DNA of 64,000 bases. Source: Cyanobacteria bacterium P01_A01_bin.123 (GTDB taxonomy: Bacteria > Cyanobacteriota > Cyanobacteriia > Phormidesmidales > Phormidesmidaceae). Under the pieces are notes generated by a model, which made no database searches, was not told the origin of the DNA, and worked only from the letters and a program-made list of their open reading frames with translations. Made by a program: the position numbers and the translations under genes. Shown piece after piece: positions 49,719-60,213 of the stretch (the stretch's first letter is position 1; each line of letters opens with the position of its first letter). The DNA lies in contig JBCBZT010000024.1 of assembly GCA_039815185.1 (NCBI GenBank), positions 32,001-96,000 of the forward strand, in the 5' to 3' direction.

Positions 49719-49817
49719 GCTTTGTTAGGATCCCGAATCGTCCAATAAGCGCTAGTCTAGCTAGAAGTCGGCCAAGCCGAATGATTTGATTACGTTGCGA
49801 TTCTCATTCAAGTCGGA

Positions 49818-50429
49818 ATGGAAAATCAAAATTGGATTGTGGATGAAAACGGTTGCTATGAGGCCTTTGATGATCCCAAGGCTGAAGCAGCATCTGAGCA
49901 AGTTTATCGGCTATACCGCTTTTTAACTGAGTTGGAAGACCTCCTGGCAGCAATTCCTGATAATGGCGATCGTATTCGTGCGATCGCGCCACGGGTGCGC
50001 AAACTCTTGACCAGCTCCTACTGGCTCCAGATGGAATATACCCAACCCAACCCTGAACAAGGCTGGTCAGTAAAGTTTCTCTATCGTGAATACCAGTTTC
50101 CATTGACGGTACAGATGGTCACTTGGCTCCCAGGCACTGTTTCAACCATTCATAACCACGCCACTTGGGGGATGGTGGCCATGATTGGTGGTGAAGAAAA
50201 AAATACACTTTGGCGACGGGTGCCTGACGCAACCAACCCTCACAAAATTGAAAAGGTCGATGAATTGATTTTGGGGCCAGGCGACATTATTGGCTTGATG
50301 CCAGATGCCATTCACTGTGTTGAACCCCTAGGCGATGAACCGACTGTTTCGTTTAACCTATATGGCGTCACAGATCGTTCCCAACGCTATCGATTTAAGC
50401 CGGAACAGCAAACAGCAGAGCTGTTCTAA
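49818..50429 (+). CDS. Cupin, cysteine dioxygenase-like family
   Basis: W.PG..STIHNHATWG and AIHCVE give a three-His cupin site; SFNLYG. Confidence 0.8.
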   Translation: MENQNWIVDENGCYEAFDDPKAEAASEQVYRLYRFLTELEDLLAAIPDNGDRIRAIAPRVRKLLTSSYWLQMEYTQPNPEQGWSVKFLYREYQFPLTVQMVTWLPGTVSTIHNHATWGMVAMIGGEEKNTLWRRVPDATNPHKIEKVDELILGPGDIIGLMPDAIHCVEPLGDEPTVSFNLYGVTDRSQRYRFKPEQQTAELF

Positions 50430-50460
50430 ACGTGGTTTGGATCTAATGGATTGCTCTAGA

Positions 50461-51600
50461 CTACTGTCTTAAACTGCGCGGATCAAGGGCATCACGTAGG
50501 CCATCCCCTAAGAGATTAAAGGCTAACACTGTTAAAACAATGAGTAGGGCGGGCGGCCAAATGAGCCAGGGTTGCAGCACCAAAATAGTGGCATTGGTTG
50601 CAGAGCTGAGCATATTTCCCCAAGACGGATCAGGCTGCTGGATACCAAGGCCGATTAAGCTCAATACCGCTTCTGCAATGATGAAACCAGGAACGGCAAG
50701 GGTAGCTGAGATCACAACATAGGTTGCTGTCTGGGGTAGTACATGGCGGATGATGATGTAAAGCGATCGCCCCCCCATCGCTTGCGAAGCCTGCACAAAC
50801 TCCCGAGCTTTCAGGGAAAGAACTTGACCTCGAATCACCCGGGCCAACCCCGCCCATCGAACAAATGAGGTAATTACAATAATTAGCAAAAACCGTTGGG
50901 CACTGCTGAGAGAAGCGGGCAGAAAGGCCGCTAAAGCCACGAGTAAATAGATACTGGGAATGGTCATCAGTACCTCTACCAGACGCATAAGGACAACATC
51001 GACTAGACCGCCAAAATATCCGGAGATGCCGCCTACAAGTAGCCCTAAGGGAAAAGAAATAGTAATGCCCACCAAGCCAATGCTGAGGCTAATGCGTCCA
51101 CCGTGGATCAATCGACTCAGCTGATCACGGGCTTGCTCGTCAGTGCCCAACAGGTTGAGCTTACCAGGGCCAGCGGCCCCAAACAAATGTAGATTGCCGG
51201 GAATGCCGCCGAACAATTCTATATCTTTGAAAGCGGGATTCGTGACCGAAAACTGGGTCGGCAACGGCAACTGAATGCGCAGCCAGCGATATTCGTCTCC
51301 TGTAATAAAAAGCCGCAGGGGTGAAGGTGCTTCAAAGTTGACAAACACCTCGCGATCGCCCGTATCTAAATCTACTGGGCCTTGGGTGGTGGGATACACA
51401 TGCGGACCAATCCACTGCCCGGTCTCTTGATTGCGCCAGTAAAGGGTGGTAGGCGGCAGGAGTGACCCGTCGGGTTGTGTGCCGTAAGGATCATAGGGGG
51501 CAAAAAAGTCTGCCGCAAATACCACCAAATAAAAGATCAACAACACAATGGCCCCGTAGCGGGCTAAAGGGTTTTGCTTAAGTTTTTGCCACCAAGTCAT
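50461..51600 (-). CDS. Peptide/nickel ABC transporter permease (OppC/DppC type)
   Basis: LGTDEQARD..SRLI.G.RISL, EFVQAS.AMG, PSWGNML, GDGLRDALDPR. Confidence 0.93.
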   Translation of the reverse strand: MTWWQKLKQNPLARYGAIVLLIFYLVVFAADFFAPYDPYGTQPDGSLLPPTTLYWRNQETGQWIGPHVYPTTQGPVDLDTGDREVFVNFEAPSPLRLFITGDEYRWLRIQLPLPTQFSVTNPAFKDIELFGGIPGNLHLFGAAGPGKLNLLGTDEQARDQLSRLIHGGRISLSIGLVGITISFPLGLLVGGISGYFGGLVDVVLMRLVEVLMTIPSIYLLVALAAFLPASLSSAQRFLLIIVITSFVRWAGLARVIRGQVLSLKAREFVQASQAMGGRSLYIIIRHVLPQTATYVVISATLAVPGFIIAEAVLSLIGLGIQQPDPSWGNMLSSATNATILVLQPWLIWPPALLIVLTVLAFNLLGDGLRDALDPRSLRQ

Positions 51601-51731
51601 AAACTCGCATCGCCAAATGAAGTCTAGATAAAGCAGTCAGCGTGCTGAAACCTCCGCAAGACTGCCAGTCAAAGTGACTATAGCGCAAAAAATGATTGTA
51701 CTGAGATCTCAGATAAGCCCATAACACTTGT

Positions 51732-52523
51732 CTACAGGTAATGGGCATCAACCAGATAGTCGCGATAGCGTTCCACGATGTCGTCAACTTCTGTGGCTGT
51801 CAACTCAGTTTGCCAATTTCCTACGAGTTTTTGAGTATTGGCAATGTGATCAATATGCAACAAGTGCTTGGTGTCGTAAATGCGATCCCAACTGAAGTCA
51901 GGCTGATACTGTTTGATCAATGTTTCAGCCGGCTTTTCCAGTTTGAGTCGACGTAGCGCCCCCCGCAGTTTAATCTTCAGTTGACGCTTACGTTGAAGCT
52001 GCTGAATGGCTTGACGGGTCCCTTCAGTGCCCCACTGTTGAGCAATCCGTTGAATGATCTGAGGAGAAGCATTGAGATTTAATTCTTCTGCCAGCTTATC
52101 CACTTCGCCATAGAGATTTTCCATCATTGCTTCGTAGCGTTGCCAGATAACTCCAGGCATTTGCTTGACAGTGAAGTAAGTGGCTGTTGCTTTGTCTAGC
52201 AGTGCGTAGAGCTCATCATCATCTTTTTTAAACTTACGCTTAACTGAAACAGCTACATCTCGAATATCACGATAGACGTAGCAAATTTTGGCGGAGCCAT
52301 TGGCCAGGAGCGGCTCTATATCGGGGGGAATCATGTGGGTTTTGACCACATACATCTGATCGGCATCGGCCCATTGCTGTAGGTCTGCTGCCATATCCTT
52401 CAGTTTTTCAGGCCAAATCCAGCCGATAATCTCACTTCGTCGGGTCTCTGTCACCAGGCTGGAGACCAGATTGTATTGCAGGGTCGAACCTGCACGATAC
52501 ATACCATTACAGACAATGAGCAT
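51732..52523 (-). CDS. Sulfotransferase family protein
   Basis: 5'-PSB-like GMYRAGST, VKTH, 3'-PB-like YRDIRDVAVS, RYE, GNWQTELT. Confidence 0.82.
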   Translation of the reverse strand: MLIVCNGMYRAGSTLQYNLVSSLVTETRRSEIIGWIWPEKLKDMAADLQQWADADQMYVVKTHMIPPDIEPLLANGSAKICYVYRDIRDVAVSVKRKFKKDDDELYALLDKATATYFTVKQMPGVIWQRYEAMMENLYGEVDKLAEELNLNASPQIIQRIAQQWGTEGTRQAIQQLQRKRQLKIKLRGALRRLKLEKPAETLIKQYQPDFSWDRIYDTKHLLHIDHIANTQKLVGNWQTELTATEVDDIVERYRDYLVDAHYL

Positions 52524-52851
52524 CGAATGATTTCCCTTTTGAATCTTTAAATAGTGCCTGCACTGCAGAACTTTATATCAATATTGCATGCGTTCCTTTT
52601 TAAGGACGCCCAAAAATTGAATAAAGTACCCATAACCATAGATAGAAAAGTCATATCTTCATCATCAGCAACCCTTGAAACAACCGCACGGCAATCATAG
52701 CCTTACGGGCTGGGGACGCTGACTACTAGCATCGTGCGTCTGGCTAGGCTAGATAGAGGCGCTCAATTGTCAGAATAAGTCTGTGCGCAGTGCTTATCTT
52801 CAACGTCAAGTTTTGGGCATGGCTGCTGCTCAACGCTGCTGGCATGCGGAC

Positions 52852-53703
52852 TTAAACCGGAGTAACGGCCTGTTCATTTTCTACCACAAACACGTTTGAG
52901 TACAGGTTAGCGATAATCTGTTTGCCTTCCTGAGTCAGGGATAGGTAGCGCAGCCCGTCTTTGACGTAGGGATGTACGACATTCCAGTAGAACTTGGGAT
53001 AGTTTTTGCGCAGGTCACCGGGGTGGTTGTATTTCAGAAACTTATTTTGTCCAGTTTCTTCAAATTCATAGAATAGGGCGCTAATTTTTTTCAGGTAGCG
53101 GGGGTCACTGAGCTGACCAATCAGATCTGCTGCCCGCAGCAGCCCCGGAAAGTTTTTCGTGTCTTGGTGGTCTTCTTCTTTGGGCACTGGGAAGCGAGTA
53201 AGCTCAATGTTGCGCTTGATCTCATCGGAATCGATGATGCCGTTTTTGCCAAACCGCTCTTCCACAAACAGCTTGCCCCGGTCAACGTGATAGGGGGTCA
53301 ACGAGGCATCGGAAGCCCCTTCTGGCAAATGCACGACTTCGCCATTCATCCCTGTGGCATAGAGACTTTCGCGATCGCGATCTTCCCGACATACCCCTTT
53401 GACATAGCCAATGTCATGGCATACCAGTGAAATAATGAAGTGTAGCCAACTTTCGCAGGTCACGCCGCCCTCTCGAATATGTTTACCCCGCAAAATCTCC
53501 TGGCCGACCAGCGTTACTAAGATTGTGTGCTCGACATTGTGGTAGAGGGCATCACTGTTGGCAATATTTTCTAGGGCCATGCTGCCTGCCCAAGCAATGA
53601 TGTCTTCATATTCGGGGTGCAAACCACCATAGGTACGGTGATAGCCCGCGCGAATCTTGTCTACAAAGTCAGCAATTAAAATCTCAGTTGCGTTAAACAT
53701 CAT
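52852..53703 (-). CDS. HD-domain metal-dependent phosphohydrolase (Npun_R2479-like)
   Basis: DALYHNVEHT, CHDIGY, PYHVDRG, RAADLIGQL. Confidence 0.88.
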   Translation of the reverse strand: MMFNATEILIADFVDKIRAGYHRTYGGLHPEYEDIIAWAGSMALENIANSDALYHNVEHTILVTLVGQEILRGKHIREGGVTCESWLHFIISLVCHDIGYVKGVCREDRDRESLYATGMNGEVVHLPEGASDASLTPYHVDRGKLFVEERFGKNGIIDSDEIKRNIELTRFPVPKEEDHQDTKNFPGLLRAADLIGQLSDPRYLKKISALFYEFEETGQNKFLKYNHPGDLRKNYPKFYWNVVHPYVKDGLRYLSLTQEGKQIIANLYSNVFVVENEQAVTPV

Positions 53704-53994
53704 GATGATTAGCTTCCAGGAGTGAGATGCGGCGAGACGAATTCAGGAACTCCTCATTGCTAGTGTAAGTTCGTTGGCTCAGAAAAGACGGCATAGACTG
53801 CAAGAGTAAGCCAAAAACCGCAAGCACCTCTTCTATTGGAGCAGGCGAGACACTTTTCGGTTGTGATTTGAGTCAACAGTATCGCTGAACTTGCTCCGGT
53901 GAATTTCAGCAGCGCCGCCCTGCGCCACGACATTTCTTTTCGTGAGTCATAATGGGGAAGAGAATCTTAAAATTTTATGTAGATTCTGCTTAAA

Positions 53995-55353
53995 GTGCTG
54001 ATGCATTTAGGGTGTTTTCTAAGGATCAACGAGGCAAGCGTGGCTTATCAAGAGTTTCCTGAGTCGGCTGAAGCTGAATCAACTAACCTCAGCTTTCTGG
54101 CTAGTGTAACCCTGCCTAGACCGCCTAAGGGTCTGTTTGCAGGGAGGCGTGGTCTATTAGTGGGACTAGGACTGGGTTTGGCGATCGCGTTTATTGGCCC
54201 GCGCTTACTCCCAGGAAGGCAGGACGAAGCTGCTCAGCCGCCTGCCACTGAAACAACCGCCGCTGCTCAGAGCGTATCTGTCAGTCCGGCACAAATGACT
54301 AGCATTAACCAAACCCTAGACACCACGGGGACAGTGCAGGCTTACGATTTGCTGGCGGTAGCCCCCCAGATCAGCGGTCTGCAAATTCGCTCAGTTTTGG
54401 TGCGCGAAGGCGATCGCGTAGCGGCAGGTCAACCGTTGGCCATCTTAGATGACGTCACTTTGCAAGCTGAAATTCGTGAAGCCGAAGCCGAAGTTGTCTC
54501 AGCCCAAGCCCAAGTTCGTCAGCAGCAGGCGGCGCTAGCCCAAGCTGAAGCTAGCCAGAATGAGGCTAATACGACCCTGACCCGCTACAACACCTTGGCC
54601 GAGCGCGGTGCCATCAGCCAAGAAGAACTGGATAGCCGCACCACCGAAGCCGTCACCACCCGAGAATCTGTCGGCGTTGCTCGGGCCAATGTCGACAGTG
54701 CGCAGGCTAATGTCACCAGTCAACAGGCCAACCTGGCTCGCCTGCAGGCCCAACTGAATCAAACCGTTGTGCGTGCTCCCGCCCCCGGCACGATCGCCGA
54801 AAGCAATGCGACGCAAGGGGATGCTTCCTCTACCTCAAATGCCCTATTCCAGCTCATCCGTGCCGACCAACTTGAATTAGAAGTTGATGTACCCCAAACT
54901 CAACTCAGCCAAGTTGCGATCGGTGCGCCAGTCACCATCACTGCCAACGCTGATGACCGCATCCAGCTTGAGGGCACTGTGAGTCAAATCAACCCCCTAG
55001 TCAATGCCGACACGCGCATTGCCACCGTCACCGTTAGTCTCCCCAGTAGCGCCTTACTGCGCCCCGGCATGTTCCTCAATGCTGAGGTTGTCACTGGCAG
55101 TCGCCAAGGCGTGACTGTCCCTGCTGAAGCCGTTTTGCCCCAATCCGATGGCACCTACCAGGTCTATCAACTCAATTCTGATGACACTGTCACTGCCCAG
55201 ACGGTAGATATTGGTGATCGCCTCCCGACTGCTGCTAACCAACCCGCCCAAATCGAAATCACCCAGGGTCTAAATCCCGGTGCCCAGGTGGTTAGCAATG
55301 GGGCTAGCTATTTACAAGATGGCGATCGCGTGAATGTTGTAAAAACGCAGTGA
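53995..55353 (+). CDS. RND efflux membrane fusion protein (start may be GTG 54040)
   Basis: Single TM, V.EGDRV..GQ.L, coiled coil, VRAP..G, LRPGMF, VP..AV. Confidence 0.92.
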   Translation: MLMHLGCFLRINEASVAYQEFPESAEAESTNLSFLASVTLPRPPKGLFAGRRGLLVGLGLGLAIAFIGPRLLPGRQDEAAQPPATETTAAAQSVSVSPAQMTSINQTLDTTGTVQAYDLLAVAPQISGLQIRSVLVREGDRVAAGQPLAILDDVTLQAEIREAEAEVVSAQAQVRQQQAALAQAEASQNEANTTLTRYNTLAERGAISQEELDSRTTEAVTTRESVGVARANVDSAQANVTSQQANLARLQAQLNQTVVRAPAPGTIAESNATQGDASSTSNALFQLIRADQLELEVDVPQTQLSQVAIGAPVTITANADDRIQLEGTVSQINPLVNADTRIATVTVSLPSSALLRPGMFLNAEVVTGSRQGVTVPAEAVLPQSDGTYQVYQLNSDDTVTAQTVDIGDRLPTAANQPAQIEITQGLNPGAQVVSNGASYLQDGDRVNVVKTQ

Positions 55354-55431
55354 AGCCAGGAGGGAGGTGATTTTCATGCCACTCCCCTGCTTTCTCCGCG
55401 ATTCCAAATCTTTCAAACCTAACCCCTCCCT

Positions 55432-58400
55432 ATGGCTTCCCAAAAAAATATCTCCGGCTGGTCAATACGGCGTCCGATTCCCACTATTGTGCTGTTTTTG
55501 GTGCTGACGTTGGCGGGTCTGGTTTCCTTCGGGCAATTGGGCATCGATCTCAACCCCAATATTGATTTCCCAGCGGTGGTTGTATCGGTTGATCAAATTG
55601 GAGCTGGGCCAGAGGAGCTGGAAACCCAGGTGACCAAAAATATTGAAGATGCGGTTGCAGGGCTAGGCAATATCGATGAAATCCGCTCTACGATTACCGA
55701 TGGCAGCTCATCTACAGTCATTAACTTTTTGTTGGGCACAGATATCGATCGTGCCACTAACGATGTGCGTGATGCGGTGTCGCGAATCCGTCAGGATTTG
55801 CCCCAAGACATCCAAGAGCCTAATGTGCGGCGATTGGAGTTTGAAGGCGGATCGATTTTGACTTACGCGGTGACGTCCCCCCAACGCTCGGTGGAAGAAT
55901 TGAGCGATTTGATCGATCGCACGATCAGCCGCTCAATTCTGTCGGTGCAGGGGGTGGCCCAGGTCAATCGCATTGGTGGGGTCGATGAAGAAATTCGGGT
56001 TGATTTAGATCCAACTCAGCTCAATGCCTTAGGAATCACTGCCACCCAAGTCAACGATCAAACCCGCAGTTTCAACATCAACTTACCGGGTGGGCGGGTT
56101 GATATTTCAGGACAAGAGCAGGGCATTCGCACCTTGGGCAGTGCAGACACGGTGGATACGCTGCGCCAGTATCGAATTGTGCTGCCCAGCGGTGATGCTG
56201 TGCCTTTAGAAACCCTAGGGACAGTAGACAACAGCTATAGAGAAGTGCGCCAGTCTGCTTATCTGAATAATGAACCCGTGGTGGCTTTTAGCGTACGACG
56301 CAGTAGCGGCAGTGTGTTAGTCAGTGTTGAAGAAGGGGTTCGGGCTCAGGTGGCCCAACTGGAGGAAACGCTGCCTGACGACATTGAATTTGAGCTGATT
56401 TTCACTCTGGCTACTGACATTCGCGATTCCTATCAAGCGTCCATTGATGCCTTGGTTTTAGGCTGCATTTTAGCGGTCGTTGTCGTCGGCATTTTCTTGA
56501 AAGACTGGCGAGCCACGTTGATTACGGCCTGTGCCCTACCACTCTCGATTATCCCGACATTTCTAGTCATTCAAACGCTGGGCTATACCCTCAACAGTAT
56601 GACGCTACTCGCGTTAACCCTGGCTGTGGGTAACTTAGTCGATGATGCCATCGTTGAAATTGAAAACGTCGAGCGTCACCTGAATATGGGCAAACGACCC
56701 TACCAAGCTGCGTTGGACTCAACGGCTGAAGTTGGATTAGCTGTGATCACCACAACGGCAACGATTGTGGCCGTGTTCTTGCCTGTGGCGTTCATGGGCG
56801 GTATTCCGGGTCAGTTCTTCCAGCCGTTTGGCGTCACCGTGGCTGTTTCCACAATGTTTTCGACGCTGGTAGCCCGGTTGATGACGCCGATGATGTCAGC
56901 CTATTTGATGAAAGATCGGCGGGCTGCGTTGCGGATTCAGCGTAATGGTGATGGCCGAGCAAAAAAAGGTTTTCAAACCATCCCTTTCTTGAGTTTTGGC
57001 ACTGGCAATGGCAGCAGCAGTCATGGTAACGGGGCTTCTGATGTCAATGGCAGTAGCAACGGCAGTAGCAACGGTAACGGTGCGATCCGGCCTCCCCAAA
57101 AGCCGGGGCTCTACCCCTATCGCCGCCTGCTAGGTGCTGCGCTGCGCCATCGATTGATGACGATTGCTCTCGCGATCGCGTTCTTTATGGGTAGCTTGAT
57201 GCTGGTGCCGTTGATACCGACTAGCTTATTTGACTCCGGGGATACGGGCCTTTCGTTAGTGTCGGTAGAACTGCCACCGGGGTCCACGTTGACCGACACG
57301 CAACAAGTAACCGAACGCCTATCCCAACGGATTTTAGAAGGTCCTGCCGTTGATAATGTGTTGTCTACCGAAGGGGGAGATGACGGGATAAACCAGGCTA
57401 CCCTTTTCGTTCGGCTCAAACCCACCTCTGAACGCGACATTTCCCAAGCTCAGTTTGAACAGCAAGCTCGTGACCTATTTCAGCAGATTCCCGGTGCCCG
57501 CATTAGCTTTCAAAGTCAGGGGGCCTCTGGGGAGGGTAAAGATCTGACGATCGTGCTTAAAGGGGATGAACCCGCTGCGTTAATGCAGGCGGCTAATGCC
57601 CTGACCCAAGCCATGAAAAATATTCCTGGCCTGGTGGAAGTGAATTCTACCGCTAGCCTGGTGCAGCCAGAGATTTTGATTACCCCCGACCCAGCTAGGG
57701 CTGCTGACTTGGGTGTTTCAGTCCAGTCGATTGCCAATACGGTGTCCTTGGCCACTATTGGCGATACGGAATCTAACCTGGCGGAGTTTGACTTGGGTGA
57801 TCGCCAAATTCCCATCCGCGTCAGGCTCACCCCCGAAGCCCGCGACGATGTCAGTACCCTAGAAAGCCTCAAAGTCCCTAGCCAAACCGGACAGCTTGTC
57901 CCATTGGTAGCTGTGGCAGACTTGAGGTTTGGCAGCGGCCCGGCCCAAATCGATCGCTTCGATCGCGCCCGTCAAGTATCTGTAGGCGGCAACCTGCAAG
58001 GCATCACCCTAGGACAGGCGGTGCAGGCAGTCAATCAATTACCTGCACTGCAAAACCTGCCGTCTAGCGTGAGTCAACAACCCTCGGGTGATGCCGAGAT
58101 TATGCGCGACATTTTTAGCCGTTTTGGGTTGGCCTTAGGAACTGCGGTACTAATGATTTTTGCCGTGCTGGTATTGCTTTATAACAACTTCCTTTATCCT
58201 TTCGCAGTGATGGCGGCGTTACCCCTTTCCATTGGTGGTGCACTGATGGGATTGCTGGTTGCCCAAAAACCCTTGGGCCTGTTCGCCATGATCGGCGTGA
58301 TTTTGCTGATGGGTTTGGTGACCAAAAACTCAATTTTGCTGGTGGACTATACCTTAATGGCTATGCAAGCGGGTAAATCGCGTCGAGAAGCGGTAGTAGA

Positions 58401-58707
58401 AGCCGGGGTGACTCGCCTACGCCCAATTTTGATGACTTCAATTTCCACCGTAGCCGGGATGGTACCCATTGCCTTAGAACTTGGGGCCGGGGGCGAGGTC
58501 AGAAGCCCCATGGCGATCGCAGTTATTGGCGGCTTCACGACCTCAACACTGCTAACGCTAGTTGTGGTGCCTGTGTTCTTCACTTATATAGATGGCTTCC
58601 AAGCTGGTGTGGGGCAGTTAATACGAGGTCTAGGCCGGGGGAAACGGGCGCGATCGCCTAAGAAGCTTAAAGAAGCCGGAGAAACCCAAACGCCCGTGGG
58701 CAAATAG
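55432..58707 (+). CDS. RND efflux permease (AcrB/AcrD/AcrF family)
   Basis: SIRRP, GNLVDDAIVEIEN, TKNSILLVD, RLRPILMT. Confidence 0.95.
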   Translation: MASQKNISGWSIRRPIPTIVLFLVLTLAGLVSFGQLGIDLNPNIDFPAVVVSVDQIGAGPEELETQVTKNIEDAVAGLGNIDEIRSTITDGSSSTVINFLLGTDIDRATNDVRDAVSRIRQDLPQDIQEPNVRRLEFEGGSILTYAVTSPQRSVEELSDLIDRTISRSILSVQGVAQVNRIGGVDEEIRVDLDPTQLNALGITATQVNDQTRSFNINLPGGRVDISGQEQGIRTLGSADTVDTLRQYRIVLPSGDAVPLETLGTVDNSYREVRQSAYLNNEPVVAFSVRRSSGSVLVSVEEGVRAQVAQLEETLPDDIEFELIFTLATDIRDSYQASIDALVLGCILAVVVVGIFLKDWRATLITACALPLSIIPTFLVIQTLGYTLNSMTLLALTLAVGNLVDDAIVEIENVERHLNMGKRPYQAALDSTAEVGLAVITTTATIVAVFLPVAFMGGIPGQFFQPFGVTVAVSTMFSTLVARLMTPMMSAYLMKDRRAALRIQRNGDGRAKKGFQTIPFLSFGTGNGSSSHGNGASDVNGSSNGSSNGNGAIRPPQKPGLYPYRRLLGAALRHRLMTIALAIAFFMGSLMLVPLIPTSLFDSGDTGLSLVSVELPPGSTLTDTQQVTERLSQRILEGPAVDNVLSTEGGDDGINQATLFVRLKPTSERDISQAQFEQQARDLFQQIPGARISFQSQGASGEGKDLTIVLKGDEPAALMQAANALTQAMKNIPGLVEVNSTASLVQPEILITPDPARAADLGVSVQSIANTVSLATIGDTESNLAEFDLGDRQIPIRVRLTPEARDDVSTLESLKVPSQTGQLVPLVAVADLRFGSGPAQIDRFDRARQVSVGGNLQGITLGQAVQAVNQLPALQNLPSSVSQQPSGDAEIMRDIFSRFGLALGTAVLMIFAVLVLLYNNFLYPFAVMAALPLSIGGALMGLLVAQKPLGLFAMIGVILLMGLVTKNSILLVDYTLMAMQAGKSRREAVVEAGVTRLRPILMTSISTVAGMVPIALELGAGGEVRSPMAIAVIGGFTTSTLLTLVVVPVFFTYIDGFQAGVGQLIRGLGRGKRARSPKKLKEAGETQTPVGK

Positions 58708-58710
58708 CCC

Positions 58711-58716
58711 TATAAT
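58711..58716 (+). promoter_or_regulatory. -10 element for the tRNA gene
   Basis: TATAAT 11 nt upstream of the tRNA 5' end. Confidence 0.6.
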
Positions 58717-58727
58717 GTGAGTCCACT

Positions 58728-58799
58728 GCGGGTGTAGTTCAGTGGTAGAACGTCAGCTTCCCAAGCTGAATGCCGACGGTTCGAGTCCGTTCACCCGCT
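58728..58799 (+). tRNA. tRNA-Gly (CCC)
   Basis: Acceptor GCGGGTG/CACCCGC, D-loop AGTGGTA, anticodon arm TCAGC-TTCCCAA-GCTGA, GGTTCGAGTCC; CCA not encoded. Confidence 0.97.
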
Positions 58800-58802
58800 T
58801 TC

Positions 58803-58850
58803 AATCCGAAAGCCCGTTAAATCGACTGGTTTAACGGGCTTTCGGATTTT
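58803..58850 (+). terminator. Terminator hairpin after the tRNA
   Basis: 19-bp stem AATCCGAAAGCCCGTTAAA / TTTAACGGGCTTTCGGATT ending in a T-run. Confidence 0.8.
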
Positions 58851-58978
58851 AAAACCTTCTGTTTTTTAATCTCAAATACCTGGTTGAGAACATTGCTTTG
58901 GGCATTTTTGGGTGAATTTTGCCTGATTATTGGGGTAAGATTGGGGTAAACAATAGAACGCTTGTACTTTAGCCGGAG

Positions 58979-60181
58979 GTGCTCATCATGTCCTCAAGCT
59001 CAAATCGCCGCAAAGCTACCAAGGGTTCGGTTCGTGTCAAATCTTCTAATCAACGACTGCAACTTGTCTTTACCTATGGTGGGCGACGTCATTATCTCAC
59101 CCTTGAATTAACGGATACGCCTCTTAGTCGAAGAGTCGCTGAAGCCAAGGCCAAGCTAATTGAATCTGATATTACGCTCGATCGTTTTGATGTTTCGCTA
59201 GCAAAGTACAAACCAAAGTCTGCCCTTAGTACAGTTACCCCAACTGTTACTCCAATCGCGAAACAGCCTTCATTGGCTGACCTGTGGTCAACATTTATTG
59301 AATTTAAGCGGCCCCAATGTTCCCCTAACACCATGAAGTACATGTACGGGCCTTTTTCCGGGTATGTCGCAAAACTACCCACCCATGACTTGAGTCGGGC
59401 GTACGAGATTAGGGATTATGTGCTGAAAAATATTCCACTTGATTCGGGTAAGCGTTTTCTGACACGCCTCTCTGCTTGTTGCGAGCTAGCGATTAAATCA
59501 GGTGTCCTTGCCCAAAATCCCTTTGCTGGCATGGCTGCTGAGATCAAACTCCCTAAATCAGCCAAGGCAGAAGGCTTGAATGACATTGACCCATTTTCAA
59601 TCGCGGAAAGGGATGCCATTATTCACGCAATTGAAACTGATCAGTTCTGTCCGCATAAATCAGGGTTCAAGCACAGTTGTTATGCACCGTTGATCAAGTT
59701 TCTGTTTGCAACGGGCTGCCGCCCTTCTGAAGCTGTGGCTCTACAGTGGAAGCATATTTCGAAGGATTTTCGCCAAATCACTTTTGAGCAAGCTGTCATT
59801 GGAACAGATTCTGGTAAACGAATTCGCAAAGGGTTGAAAACTCAGGAACGTCGGAAGTTTCCTTGCAATGACAAGTTGCAAAATCTGTTAAGAAGTATTG
59901 AGCCAGAGGATGTGACCATTGAAGCACTTGTTTTCCCTTCACCTACGGGGAAATCCGTTGATCTGAATAATTTCAGAAATCGTACCTGGAAAACGGTTAT
60001 CAACGGACTCAATATTGACTACCGCAAGCTATATCAGACTCGTCATACGTTTATTACCCACGCCCTAGAAACGGGCAAGTTGGATGCTAAGGATGTTGCT
60101 CGTTTAGTGGGCAATTCTCCAGAAGTTATTTATCAGCATTACGCGGGGAACAAGCGAGAGCTATTTGTGCCTGAGTTTTAG
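58979..60181 (+). CDS. Tyrosine recombinase / integrase with N-terminal arm-binding domain (start may be ATG 58988)
   Basis: TGCRPSEA.AL.W (catalytic Arg), LKT, YQTRHTF, VGNS..I.QHY (catalytic Tyr). Confidence 0.93.
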   Translation: MLIMSSSSNRRKATKGSVRVKSSNQRLQLVFTYGGRRHYLTLELTDTPLSRRVAEAKAKLIESDITLDRFDVSLAKYKPKSALSTVTPTVTPIAKQPSLADLWSTFIEFKRPQCSPNTMKYMYGPFSGYVAKLPTHDLSRAYEIRDYVLKNIPLDSGKRFLTRLSACCELAIKSGVLAQNPFAGMAAEIKLPKSAKAEGLNDIDPFSIAERDAIIHAIETDQFCPHKSGFKHSCYAPLIKFLFATGCRPSEAVALQWKHISKDFRQITFEQAVIGTDSGKRIRKGLKTQERRKFPCNDKLQNLLRSIEPEDVTIEALVFPSPTGKSVDLNNFRNRTWKTVINGLNIDYRKLYQTRHTFITHALETGKLDAKDVARLVGNSPEVIYQHYAGNKRELFVPEF

Positions 60182-60213
60182 GCTTAACGATAGGTTGAGG
60201 CGCGATCGCACTT

